64,000 bases of DNA, from IMG/VR virus record IMGVR_UViG_3300028549_001428, one strand, 5' to 3'. The translations under genes were made by a program, and so were the position numbers. The notes beneath the pieces are model-generated. The model worked only from the letters and a program-made list of their open reading frames with translations, was not told where the DNA came from and ran no database searches. Positions within the stretch are counted from its first letter, which is position 1. Every line of letters starts with the position of its first letter. This DNA is from a virus. Its lineage: Duplodnaviria > Heunggongvirae > Uroviricota > Caudoviricetes. Positions 18,033 to 27,144 of the stretch are shown piece by piece.

Positions 18033-18506
18033 TTAGACTGTTGGTTTAGTCTTGATTCTCTTGTACAGTGCTTCCAGCTCCGTTAAGGGGAGGTGAAATA
18101 GTTCTACCCAGTCCCAAGCCCAAGAGGGGTTCGATGAAGTTAATTGGGCTAACTTCCGGTGCTCCATTTCTTGAGCAATTGCAATAGTGGGGAATCCTAC
18201 CCCTTTGATGGCATCCACAAGAAGGTGCCGTTGTTGCACCTGTTCAGGTGTTGGGTCTGCCTCATCCTCATGGATTTCAACGTAACCCACATCTACGCCA
18301 GAGCTTGCACTCTGTAACCGTTCCAGTTCTGTAGTACCTACACCTAACCTGTTACCGATCAGGGAGTCAACCTCCGAGTCGGTAGGCGATATATCATGTG
18401 AGTGTAACTCGGCTTTTACCGCAAATCTAAGGCTGTCTAGATTCAGTGCAAATGCTAGATAAACGTCCACTACTGGATCAGTAATTAGTTCTTCTTTGGT
18501 TTTCAT
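18033..18506 (-). CDS. hypothetical protein in GC-rich island
   Basis: 157-aa ORF. The local G+C is far above the window background, and it has its own canonical promoter. Confidence 0.5.
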   Translation of the reverse strand: MKTKEELITDPVVDVYLAFALNLDSLRFAVKAELHSHDISPTDSEVDSLIGNRLGVGTTELERLQSASSGVDVGYVEIHEDEADPTPEQVQQRHLLVDAIKGVGFPTIAIAQEMEHRKLAQLTSSNPSWAWDWVELFHLPLTELEALYKRIKTKPTV

Positions 18507-18596
18507 GTTATTCCTTGGTTTAGTGTCCTTGATCAGTCTAACTATTCAATATTGCGATTAAAATCCTCATATTGAGGAAATAACCATATAATGAGT

Positions 18597-18625
18597 AATA
18601 TAGAAATTCAACTAACATTTGTCAA
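18597..18625 (-). promoter_or_regulatory. sigma70-type promoter TTGACA-N17-TATATT
   Basis: rc of aatata-N17-tgtcaa, upstream of 18033..18506. Confidence 0.55.
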
Positions 18626-18644
18626 TTGAATTCGTAAATATTAT

Positions 18645-18902
18645 TTAAAGGCTATTTTCAATCAATTGTTCAGTCATATTGGATTTAGAGCCAACATCAT
18701 CAACAGGAGCGAAGTATTCGGAGTTATAACCACCCCTAAAAGCCAATTCAGCTAGGATTAGAGAGTGAAGTCCCATACCATCAAACCGTTCATCTATGCA
18801 TGTATAGATAGCATCTTTCACAGGCAATGGAACATTCATATTTATAGAACCATTGGACTTCATACCAACAAATTCTCGGATACACACTACTTTATAAGCC
18901 AC
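18645..18902 (-). CDS. hypothetical protein
   Basis: ORF in a packed block. Confidence 0.45.
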   Translation of the reverse strand: MAYKVVCIREFVGMKSNGSINMNVPLPVKDAIYTCIDERFDGMGLHSLILAELAFRGGYNSEYFAPVDDVGSKSNMTEQLIENSL

Positions 18903-18903
18903 A

Positions 18904-19158
18904 CTAATCCTTCCTTTCTATTTTGTCAGTTATAATATATCCACATACATTATACGCAACCGTTTTGTGGCCAATATATAATTCAGGAACAGCTACACCA
19001 CCATTACGAATACCAACAAAGTCATTGTTAGTACCAGATGCTTGTATTACTGCGCTTTGTCCATTACAATAGTTTACTACCATTGTGTAATCATATGTGG
19101 TGCATGACACTAACATCATGATTAATGATAAAATAATTAACCGAATTTTATATGACAT
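18904..19158 (-). CDS. putative lipoprotein
   Basis: Signal peptide with LVSC lipobox. Confidence 0.5.
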   Translation of the reverse strand: MSYKIRLIILSLIMMLVSCTTYDYTMVVNYCNGQSAVIQASGTNNDFVGIRNGGVAVPELYIGHKTVAYNVCGYIITDKIERKD

Positions 19159-19166
19159 AATATCCT

Positions 19167-19562
19167 TTAAATACCTGTCTTTGATGGCACAAATGTTGAT
19201 GTTCTATGTATAACGCATGAAGCAGCCCCTTGATTGCTATACGTCTCATGTAAATAAATCCAACCCATAGGAACACGTTGCACTAATATAGTTGGTGCAA
19301 TTCTTACAGTATGATTCATAGGAATATCTAGCATATTGTCAAATACACGATTACGATCATCGGATATTGCGTTTTCAATGTCTTTTGCTCGTTCATCATA
19401 TAATTTTATACAAGCAACGTCTTGCTTATTTATCGAATTGCCTGTATCTGGATCAAACCCATTTCTTGATAACTTTGATATTGTCTTAAATTCATCTTTA
19501 AATAACTCAGCCAACAAATCCTGTTGTGGTCTGCATTTGTATATATACTGATCTTCTATCAT
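19167..19562 (-). CDS. hypothetical protein
   Basis: ORF in a packed block. Confidence 0.5.
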   Translation of the reverse strand: MIEDQYIYKCRPQQDLLAELFKDEFKTISKLSRNGFDPDTGNSINKQDVACIKLYDERAKDIENAISDDRNRVFDNMLDIPMNHTVRIAPTILVQRVPMGWIYLHETYSNQGAASCVIHRTSTFVPSKTGI

Positions 19563-20362
19563 ATCATTTCTCCAGCGTTATATCCATACTTAGCTTTGTA
19601 TTCCGTTTCTAGGCGTTCTAGTTCCTCATCTGAATGTGGAACAGGTAAAGTTATGCCATACTTCTTACAACACATATTAAACCCAGTTAAAAGGCTTTCA
19701 CGAATCTCGATAAATTCTTTATTAGTAAGATCAACTGTAGGGAATGATTCCCAATCTCTTGTACAATTGGTTGCTATATATGCTTGTAGTTCATCCTTAA
19801 TAACGGAATCAGCATACCCCCAATCCTTCAATACTTTAATTATATCATCACGGAAAGGAACCACACCACAATTAACATCGGCATGATATTTATAATCTTC
19901 ATCCAATGAATAAAGAGCATGAGCAATTTCATGTTCAATCACACTTGCTTGTCTTGGGCAATCCTTATATGATCCAATGATATAAAACTTATCACAATTA
20001 AAAGACGCACCAAAAACAGTATTCAATTGGTTCTGTATATGAAAGTTTAATATTTTTTCTTTCTTAATTAATTTTCTAAAAAATATCCGATTGAATTCGT
20101 GATATACCTTACTAGGAATATTGAATCCAGACCAATCCATAGTGTAAGAGAATCCACCATTCTTTTTGGCATATTCATCCATATAGGTATCTATGGTGAA
20201 ATACCTACCCTTGATACAATCAATATCCGATTCATAGAATTCTTGCATTCGCATAAACGAAGAACACAATTCATATCTGGTATTGTATTGAACATTAATG
20301 ATAGCTGTATCGTATGCTATCTTGTATACGTTAACTTCTGGTATATTTGTAATATTAAACAT
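19559..20362 (-). CDS. putative zinc metallopeptidase (HExxH)
   Basis: VIEHEIAHALY zincin motif. Confidence 0.45.
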   Translation of the reverse strand: MFNITNIPEVNVYKIAYDTAIINVQYNTRYELCSSFMRMQEFYESDIDCIKGRYFTIDTYMDEYAKKNGGFSYTMDWSGFNIPSKVYHEFNRIFFRKLIKKEKILNFHIQNQLNTVFGASFNCDKFYIIGSYKDCPRQASVIEHEIAHALYSLDEDYKYHADVNCGVVPFRDDIIKVLKDWGYADSVIKDELQAYIATNCTRDWESFPTVDLTNKEFIEIRESLLTGFNMCCKKYGITLPVPHSDEELERLETEYKAKYGYNAGEMI

Positions 20363-20365
20363 TTT

Positions 20366-20743
20366 TTACCAATTAAATATAAAACCCTTTTCAAAGCTAC
20401 TCATTGCGTATTTCATAATAGCAGTTACAAATTCATTTTTATCAGGAACAATGTCTGTGAGATCGCCTTCATCATTGTACTCAAAATAATCTTCAACCAG
20501 TTCGGTATATGTATATGTAGCATACTTATCAAAGTTTTCCATCATATCACTATTTTCAAGAGCTTTTATACTAGGCATATAATTACTAATATGACCTAAA
20601 TCACTGTCAACAAACAACTGCCATCTTTCTAATATAGGAATTGAATCATCCTTGATATATGATATGAGAGCTTTTTTTAAATTCTTTGTTTCTGCTTTGT
20701 AGTTATCTAGTTTACTTTTGAGTTCAATACTTTTTGTGTTCAT
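20366..20743 (-). CDS. hypothetical protein
   Basis: ORF in a packed block. Confidence 0.5.
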   Translation of the reverse strand: MNTKSIELKSKLDNYKAETKNLKKALISYIKDDSIPILERWQLFVDSDLGHISNYMPSIKALENSDMMENFDKYATYTYTELVEDYFEYNDEGDLTDIVPDKNEFVTAIMKYAMSSFEKGFIFNW

Positions 20744-20765
20744 AATATTACCTGCTATTTATTTT

Positions 20766-21167
20766 TCAAATATCTGATTGATTATTTGCAATAAAATAAC
20801 TACAATGTTTAAATCCTTCTAATTCCAATTGGTCATTAATTGATTTATTAATTGATGCTTCAAGATATTGCTCTTCTGTTAAACTTATGGTTAATAACGG
20901 AGTGTATTTCGGATATAATTTACAAATCCAAATTACATTGTCAGCAAGATCACCACAACATGTTGTCACTGTTCTTGTATTATATTTACCGTTAGTATCC
21001 CATGTAATCATCCAATACTGTCGATTTTTGTTTTTTGCTTTGTATACATTCAAGTGAAATTCAATATTTTCAGTCATTTTACGTTTGATTCTAAAAAAAT
21101 CATCACTAGTAGGTAATTTATTTCTTTTAGCAATTGAATTCCATATTTTAGATATTGAATCTGGCAT
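20766..21167 (-). CDS. hypothetical protein
   Basis: ORF; SD aagagga downstream of a TTTGCTATATT promoter. Confidence 0.5.
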   Translation of the reverse strand: MPDSISKIWNSIAKRNKLPTSDDFFRIKRKMTENIEFHLNVYKAKNKNRQYWMITWDTNGKYNTRTVTTCCGDLADNVIWICKLYPKYTPLLTISLTEEQYLEASINKSINDQLELEGFKHCSYFIANNQSDI

Positions 21168-21186
21168 AAATCCTCTTTTTTATTAA

Positions 21187-21196
21187 ATATAGCAAA
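21187..21196 (-). promoter_or_regulatory. extended -10 promoter TTTGCTATATT
   Basis: rc of atatagcaaa, preceded by the terminator at 21198-21222. Confidence 0.55.
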
Positions 21197-21197
21197 A

Positions 21198-21222
21198 AAG
21201 ACTCATTTCTAATGAGTCTTTC
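21198..21222 (-). terminator. rho-independent terminator
   Basis: aagactcatttctaatgagtcttt hairpin. Confidence 0.6.
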
Positions 21223-21227
21223 TAAAT

Positions 21228-21638
21228 TTATTTATTATGTTCTTTAAATAACCATACCTGGCTATATCTATCTTTCCACTCACTTATTACATCATAATCA
21301 TCTTCTAAATACGGATAGCCATGTCCACCATCAGCATACTCTATAACAAATTCATCAGGAAAATAACAAGATGGATCATCGTCACATATGAATGGTGTCA
21401 TGTACCAATCATAATGTTTTTGATCTTCGGGTATCTTCTCGATAGCTTGTTTCTGGCTATCGGTCAACTTCACACAATATTTGTTAATATCTTCTGGTTT
21501 AGAATTAGGGTCATATGCTGTTTTATAACCGTAATCTTCACCATACTTATTAGTCAGTGTGTAGTATTCCAATGCCTTGTCACGAATGATAAAGGAACTT
21601 GATGAACTATTTGATACAAATCCATTTCTTACTTTCAT
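21228..21638 (-). CDS. paralog family protein A (MKVRNGFVSNSSSSSFI N-terminal module)
   Basis: Shares its first 17 aa with 23038..23493, 23501..23986 and 23983..24441. Confidence 0.55.
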   Translation of the reverse strand: MKVRNGFVSNSSSSSFIIRDKALEYYTLTNKYGEDYGYKTAYDPNSKPEDINKYCVKLTDSQKQAIEKIPEDQKHYDWYMTPFICDDDPSCYFPDEFVIEYADGGHGYPYLEDDYDVISEWKDRYSQVWLFKEHNK

Positions 21639-21672
21639 TATCCATTTCTGCCTTATAAAAATACTACAATAA

Positions 21673-21682
21673 ATATAGCAAA
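21673..21682 (-). promoter_or_regulatory. extended -10 promoter TTTGCTATATT abutting the tnpB stop codon
   Basis: rc of atatagcaaa, starting 1 nt after the TnpB stop (21683-21685). Confidence 0.5.
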
Positions 21683-22969
21683 TTATAGTTGAAATGCCAA
21701 AGACAATTCAACTTTATTTCTCAGCGAGGCTACAAGAGCCTCGCTGTTCCATCGACCATCAGATGATCTAAGGAACGCTTCATCGACCGAAGTTATGTCA
21801 GAAATTGCTTTCTGACACAGAGCTACAATCTTCACGGACGTAAATTTCCCAGAGGCACTGGGTATTAATTCAAATAAGCCATAGGCTAATATGTTGATTG
21901 ATGCGTTGTGATCTCTATCAATTACACATCCACATTCTTCACATATATACTCTCTTTCATCAAGTCCAATGTGGTGCTTTAACGCACCACATTGAGAACA
22001 TAATTTGGATGAAGGAAAGAACCTATCAGCTTTAAGAACTATAGAACCTGATCGTTTGGATTTATAATCGGTCATTCTGACCAATTCACTCCACGAAGAA
22101 TCAGATATTGAACGAGCCAGCTTGTGGTTTTTAAGCATTCCTCGTATATTCAAATCTTCGAATACAATGATTGCATTTTCATTCACGATTTTTCGTGAAT
22201 ATTTATGTAAATGATCTTTTCGAATATTCGATATTCTAGCATGTTGTTTTGCTAGTTTCATTTTTGTTTTATTTCGTCTGATGCTTCCTTTGGAAGCACG
22301 AGATAATTTCTTTTGTAAGCGTACCAGCTTTTGTTGGTGCTTCTTCAATGGTCTAGGTGACTGCTCCTCATGACCATTACTCTCTACGGCAAATGTCTTT
22401 AATCCTAAATCAATACCTATAATCCCTGATTCGCTTTGGGTTATACCCAACGCATCAGGAATTTCATAATTAACAGAAACATAATATTTACCAGCAGTTC
22501 TAGAAATAGTATATGATAAAATCCTAACATGTTTCTTCTTGAATCTCAAGCCTTCGACTAACTTCACTCGTCCAACCAATGGAAGTTTTATATGATTGTT
22601 AGTGACATGAGCCTTATCATTACTCACATAAAATGAATCCCTACATTTACCTTTCTTCTTCTTTCTTGGAAACTTAAAGTGCGTATTTCCTGTCTTTTTC
22701 CCATTGAAATAATTTTTGAGAGCAATGGATAGATTAGCAAACGGTTGTTGATTTGCGTCCTTTGGACAATCATAAACCCATTTTGGCTTGCATTTATTCC
22801 ATTCTTTCTTCAAATCATTCATTGTCACTTTGGCTACGTCAAGTGACTTCTGTTCTTTCCATTTATTTAATGCCCAATTATAGGCATATCGAGATACACC
22901 AAAAGACTTGTTAAAAACCAACACCTGTTCAGGTGATGGATATAACAATATCTTTTGTCCCATTATCAT
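21683..22969 (-). CDS. tnpB: TnpB RNA-guided nuclease, family B
   Basis: RuvC-I GIDLGLKTF, RuvC-II VFEDLNI, zinc finger CSQCG...CEECG, RuvC-III DRDHNASINI. The GC-rich 3' region contains a cgaggctcttgtagcctcg hairpin. Length 428 aa. Confidence 0.9.
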   Translation of the reverse strand: MIMGQKILLYPSPEQVLVFNKSFGVSRYAYNWALNKWKEQKSLDVAKVTMNDLKKEWNKCKPKWVYDCPKDANQQPFANLSIALKNYFNGKKTGNTHFKFPRKKKKGKCRDSFYVSNDKAHVTNNHIKLPLVGRVKLVEGLRFKKKHVRILSYTISRTAGKYYVSVNYEIPDALGITQSESGIIGIDLGLKTFAVESNGHEEQSPRPLKKHQQKLVRLQKKLSRASKGSIRRNKTKMKLAKQHARISNIRKDHLHKYSRKIVNENAIIVFEDLNIRGMLKNHKLARSISDSSWSELVRMTDYKSKRSGSIVLKADRFFPSSKLCSQCGALKHHIGLDEREYICEECGCVIDRDHNASINILAYGLFELIPSASGKFTSVKIVALCQKAISDITSVDEAFLRSSDGRWNSEALVASLRNKVELSLAFQL

Positions 22970-22999
22970 CGTTATTTCAATACCACTTTAATAATGACA

Positions 23000-23037
23000 T
23001 ATTATAAAGTATTCATATTTATGTATACTTTATAAAG
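23000..23037 (-). terminator. hairpin ctttataaagtat...atactttataa
   Basis: 11-nt perfect inverted repeat after the stop of 23038..23493. Confidence 0.4.
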
Positions 23038-23493
23038 TTACCCGTTTCTCCCTGCATAATACGTTTGTTCAATTACTTCAATTCCATTGTATTCAACTGA
23101 TGATTGGTACAATTCAATATCATCTGAATTGAATCTATCTAGATCAATATCATAATTAAGATCCCAATCATCTTCACTGTTCATGAAATCTGAATCACAA
23201 TCTGGTCCAATGCCTGTCTTGAAAATAAACAAATCATCTGGATTGGTTTTTGCCGCATGTATAACTTCATTTTCAGAAATCATACAATCCATGAAGCCAC
23301 TAGTGATAGGTTTATTCCAACCACCATTCTCTTGCATTTCAAGTAGACTAGTTCCATTCATTATCTTGTATCTACTCGCATGTGGGAATGTAGCCATCCA
23401 CTTTTCAAACTTTTTGACATCTACAATTTTTCCATAGGTAGCAATGAAGCTACTGCTAGAACTATTTGATACAAATCCATTTCTAATTTTCAT
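23038..23493 (-). CDS. paralog family protein B (MKIRNGFVSNSSSSSFI)
   Basis: Conserved 17-aa N-terminus, divergent body. Confidence 0.55.
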   Translation of the reverse strand: MKIRNGFVSNSSSSSFIATYGKIVDVKKFEKWMATFPHASRYKIMNGTSLLEMQENGGWNKPITSGFMDCMISENEVIHAAKTNPDDLFIFKTGIGPDCDSDFMNSEDDWDLNYDIDLDRFNSDDIELYQSSVEYNGIEVIEQTYYAGRNG

Positions 23494-23500
23494 ATTTTCC

Positions 23501-23986
23501 TCAGTGGTGGCTTATGCGTTCATGTGATACATTTTCAAATATATCACTATGTTCCATAAAGTTTCCCCATGATCCATCGTTGTCACAATATTTTACAGTA
23601 AATACAAATTTACCTTTATACTTACTGATTACATCTTTCGCATATTGCTCTTGGTATTTATCAGATTCAACTTGATATCGATCCCAATCAATCATACCAT
23701 CAGCTTTTCGGAAATCATCGCAATCAGGAGCACCTTGAATCGAACCATTAAAAGCATCAGCAATCTTAGCAGTATCACTTGATAGATCATTGAATACAGC
23801 TTCGCTGATTTCTTTTATTGTATGATATTCAGTTCTATCCCATAAATCATACTCATGCAATGAATCTTCACTCATGTCTGGAAACAATATTGCCATAAGA
23901 TCATTAACATCAACTGGCTTATGATCTATTGCTACGATAAAGCTACTAGAGCTACTGTTTGATACAAATCCATGTCTTAATTTCAT
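23501..23986 (-). CDS. paralog family protein C (MKLRHGFVSNSSSSSFI)
   Basis: Conserved 17-aa N-terminus, divergent body. Confidence 0.55.
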   Translation of the reverse strand: MKLRHGFVSNSSSSSFIVAIDHKPVDVNDLMAILFPDMSEDSLHEYDLWDRTEYHTIKEISEAVFNDLSSDTAKIADAFNGSIQGAPDCDDFRKADGMIDWDRYQVESDKYQEQYAKDVISKYKGKFVFTVKYCDNDGSWGNFMEHSDIFENVSHERISHH

Positions 23987-24441
23987 AGTGTTCTCAAGTA
24001 AGTTAAGAAATCAGTGTATAGTGGGAATTTTGTTTTTAATTCCTGTAATAGCTGATCTGCTGTAATTGATAATGTTTTCAATACATATTCAACATATTCA
24101 TTATCATATACTTTCTTTCTGCGTTTGTTGACCTTTTTAATTTCTTCCATTACTTCTTCTAAAGTAAATGGAGTAGTTGCTAAAAAGAATCGCTTGATTT
24201 CAGGATATGATAAATCTTCATAACTACATATTGGGCATGATGTTTCAGGAACTTCATAACTTGATGTATTTGAATCATTATTAATCATGTGACTAGTACA
24301 AAATGTATGATCATTTACACAACGCACCATGTCATAGTCGGTAACGCTATTACCATCCCAACCTATTTCGGTACGATTGCATATTTCACATATGAAACTA
24401 CTGCTAGAACTATTGCTTACAAATCCGTTTCTAATCTTCAT
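23983..24441 (-). CDS. paralog family protein D (MKIRNGFVSNSSSSSFI) with Cys-rich region
   Basis: Conserved 17-aa N-terminus; CEIC...C..C cluster; SD gagg behind a TTTGCTATATT promoter. Confidence 0.55.
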   Translation of the reverse strand: MKIRNGFVSNSSSSSFICEICNRTEIGWDGNSVTDYDMVRCVNDHTFCTSHMINNDSNTSSYEVPETSCPICSYEDLSYPEIKRFFLATTPFTLEEVMEEIKKVNKRRKKVYDNEYVEYVLKTLSITADQLLQELKTKFPLYTDFLTYLRTL

Positions 24442-24460
24442 AAAATCAACCTCGATACAA

Positions 24461-24470
24461 ATATAGCAAA
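24461..24470 (-). promoter_or_regulatory. extended -10 promoter TTTGCTATATT
   Basis: rc of atatagcaaa, 20 nt upstream of the ATG at 24441. Confidence 0.55.
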
Positions 24471-24480
24471 TTATTTGGAT

Positions 24481-25302
24481 TTATATGGTATAAAGTGGAC
24501 AATTTCTATGTCCCTTCAATAAATTTTCACGGAATTGTTTTGTTCGTTCATGGTTCCAGATATCCTTAATAAAATCTTCACATGACAAAACATCCAATCC
24601 TTCTTTACCCCAAGCATCAGTATTAGGACTGAATGAGCATGGATGGAACACACCGAACACATCGATATATGTAGAGAACAGACTGGATTCACATGGTTCA
24701 GCCGACATTTCAAGAACTTTTCTGCGAATAGTGTCAACACCACCCAATGACTTGAGAAACTTCTGTGCACCACAAGAATCAAAGCCAAATGGAATGTTGG
24801 AATTAAGGCATAGGTTAGTTAATTCAGCAAACTCTTCATGAGAAAGCTGTGTAAACCCACGCTTACCTCTTCCCTTTGTCTTTAAAGATAAGAACACAAT
24901 TGCATTTAAATTTTTTAATCTAGGATCAGACTTAATATCAGCAATTGTTTCTAATGCTTGATTAAGAGTTTCTTTTGATATAAGCTGATGTAAATTTATT
25001 TGAGTCATTCCACGATCAGTCAATTTCTTAACTGAATCATAACAAATATCTTTATCTGAGTAACGTGAAATTGCTACTGCTCCACAATACTTAGCTAAGT
25101 TATCGGCAACCTCATCGGAAACATCAGCAACAGTAATGTTTGGGACAATACCTTTTTCACGAGTTGCTTCCATGATCTTCCAGATATCTGGATTCATTGT
25201 ACATGTGCTATCGGCACCTAATGCCACTTGTGTTAATTGGGTTATTTGAGTTTTCGTAATAGTTTTGATTTTCATAATTATTTTCCTTTTGTATAATCGC
25301 AA
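24481..25302 (-). CDS. radical-SAM/SPASM-like protein, C-terminal portion (lacks the Cys triad)
   Basis: Has a TIM-barrel-like stretch (IVPNITVADVSD...AIVFLSLKTKG) and a C-terminal Cys cluster (CGAQ...C.SS...HPCSF...C..C). The true start is probably the internal MKIKT, 2 nt after the HNH gene stop. Confidence 0.4.
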   Translation of the reverse strand: MRLYKRKIIMKIKTITKTQITQLTQVALGADSTCTMNPDIWKIMEATREKGIVPNITVADVSDEVADNLAKYCGAVAISRYSDKDICYDSVKKLTDRGMTQINLHQLISKETLNQALETIADIKSDPRLKNLNAIVFLSLKTKGRGKRGFTQLSHEEFAELTNLCLNSNIPFGFDSCGAQKFLKSLGGVDTIRRKVLEMSAEPCESSLFSTYIDVFGVFHPCSFSPNTDAWGKEGLDVLSCEDFIKDIWNHERTKQFRENLLKGHRNCPLYTI

Positions 25303-26402
25303 ATAAGTTTACACCAATATTTAAGTTCATTCTCGGTCAATGTCTGTTTTAATTTAGTGTTAATGTCACTATGTACCCATTGTATATTATCAATTGTATA
25401 TCCTGTTGATGAATCAATTCTATTTAATGATGCAGTATCTGCTTTATATTTAAATTCTATTGGAAGACCTGTAAGAGCACAGTATCCATTTTGTTCAATA
25501 TATTTATCCCACATATCATTTATAGTGATGTCAAAATTTAAATTTCTCTCACGAGCACCTCGTTGTATTGATTTAAATTTTGTGTTATTTATATTTTTAT
25601 ATCCCTTGAATGCATGATTTTGTTGAAATATATTTGTAGCATTATTTGGGACATTATTGTGAATAGGATTTACTAAGAGATTACATAAATATACAAATCT
25701 TTCTATAGACAAATCCATTTTCATTTTATTTATTGTTTTATGTATCCAGTGAACGTTGCCTTTTGTATATCCTCTAGTTGGATCAATTCTATCTAATGAG
25801 GCAGTTTTAGTGATTCTATCCAAGTGATTTGTATTGAATTCTAATTTAAGTCCACTTAATGTGCATGTGCTATTTTGTAAAATATACTGTTCCCATACAT
25901 CATTTATTGTTACATCAAATTCGAGTCCTCGTTTATTTGCATTACTTTTTATAGAATGAAATATATGAGCCGATAATTCACCACATCCTTTCCACATATA
26001 ATTCTTATTACCTGAATCATATTGATATTTTAAACACCCACATGAACCAGTATGGTTTTTAAGATTCATTATAGAACACGTAAATATATTACCACAAAAA
26101 CATTTAACAGTAACCATACAACTATAACACCCACGCCATTCATGTGGTTTGCTTATTATATCCAAATTCTTTGTTTCTTTTAATGTCTGAATAATGGCTG
26201 ACATTTTGTTATTTCGCTTTATACATCCACATGGGTTGGTATTTGGTAATATCTTACGAAGTGATTTTGTAAATATATTACCACAATAACATTCACATGT
26301 TATTTTATCTCTTTCATTACCGTTCCAATCAGATAATAATTTTATATTTTTAGTTTCATTCAACAGAATACGTAATGAATCTACAGTGGGTATTGATCGC
26401 AT
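25278..26402 (-). CDS. HNH homing-endonuclease-like protein with duplicated zinc-finger + HNH modules
   Basis: Two CxCxC...CGC zinc-finger units and two HNH-like units (SLDRIDPTRGYTKGNVHWIH...N and SLNRIDSSTGYTIDNIQWVH...N). Confidence 0.7.
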   Translation of the reverse strand: MRSIPTVDSLRILLNETKNIKLLSDWNGNERDKITCECYCGNIFTKSLRKILPNTNPCGCIKRNNKMSAIIQTLKETKNLDIISKPHEWRGCYSCMVTVKCFCGNIFTCSIMNLKNHTGSCGCLKYQYDSGNKNYMWKGCGELSAHIFHSIKSNANKRGLEFDVTINDVWEQYILQNSTCTLSGLKLEFNTNHLDRITKTASLDRIDPTRGYTKGNVHWIHKTINKMKMDLSIERFVYLCNLLVNPIHNNVPNNATNIFQQNHAFKGYKNINNTKFKSIQRGARERNLNFDITINDMWDKYIEQNGYCALTGLPIEFKYKADTASLNRIDSSTGYTIDNIQWVHSDINTKLKQTLTENELKYWCKLICDYTKGK

Positions 26403-26404
26403 AA

Positions 26405-26845
26405 TTATATAATCTCATCGGTATCTACCAAATATTTAGCTTTGATTATCCCTCTATTTGTATTTACATCGTCATTTTCATTATATGAAATTTTACTACC
26501 GTTATCTAATTCTATTATAATATAAGTTTGATGTAACTTATCCAAAATTTTTCTATAGGTTTCAATACTCATATTATCACCATTAGGAGAATTTGCTTTA
26601 TAGCACATGGGGCATAATTTTCCTCTAATCCCACTGCACTTGGTAGTGATTTCAATATCAGCAATTTCAGGAAGACCTGCTTGTGGATCATCCTCTTTAG
26701 TTCTTCCCCAACGAGCAAAGAATCCAGACTTCTTATCAAAATCAAAATTGTATGTTTCTGAACGAAGATGCTTCGAGGTTTTTGTTTCGGTCAATGTGAT
26801 TTTTGTCATAATTAAATTCCACTTAGTTTTTGATGTTCTTTGCAA
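26405..26845 (-). CDS. radical-SAM-like N-terminal fragment (Cys cluster CSGIRGKLCPMC)
   Basis: IEITTKCSGIRGKLCPMCY...NMSIETYRKILDKL resembles the radical SAM beta1-loop-alpha1 region, but with Cx7CxxC spacing. Its stop is 2 nt from the HNH start. Confidence 0.35.
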   Translation of the reverse strand: MQRTSKTKWNLIMTKITLTETKTSKHLRSETYNFDFDKKSGFFARWGRTKEDDPQAGLPEIADIEITTKCSGIRGKLCPMCYKANSPNGDNMSIETYRKILDKLHQTYIIIELDNGSKISYNENDDVNTNRGIIKAKYLVDTDEII

Positions 26846-27060
26846 TGATTAAACAAGGCACAATCTTTATTACCGAAGTCTAAAGAATTGCCAAACATAC
26901 AACTATTGTTTGGTTTGTGTAGTTGATGATTTGTTATAGAAAAATCAGGGGAAAAGATCTCAACTACGGGTTGGTCGTGCCATATAAGAACATGAGCATG
27001 AGCATCATATTCATCAAATAATGTCTCTAGTTTTTGTTTAAATTCTTCTCTTTTATCCAC
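26812..27060 (-). CDS. hypothetical protein
   Basis: ORF in a packed block. Confidence 0.35.
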   Translation of the reverse strand: MDKREEFKQKLETLFDEYDAHAHVLIWHDQPVVEIFSPDFSITNHQLHKPNNSCMFGNSLDFGNKDCALFNHCKEHQKLSGI

Positions 27061-27144
27061 TTGACACGTCCTTTAATTGCTGTGTAAATATTTACGAGTG
27101 TTATTACAATACCTATTCCTAACCATATTGGAGCAATGAATATA

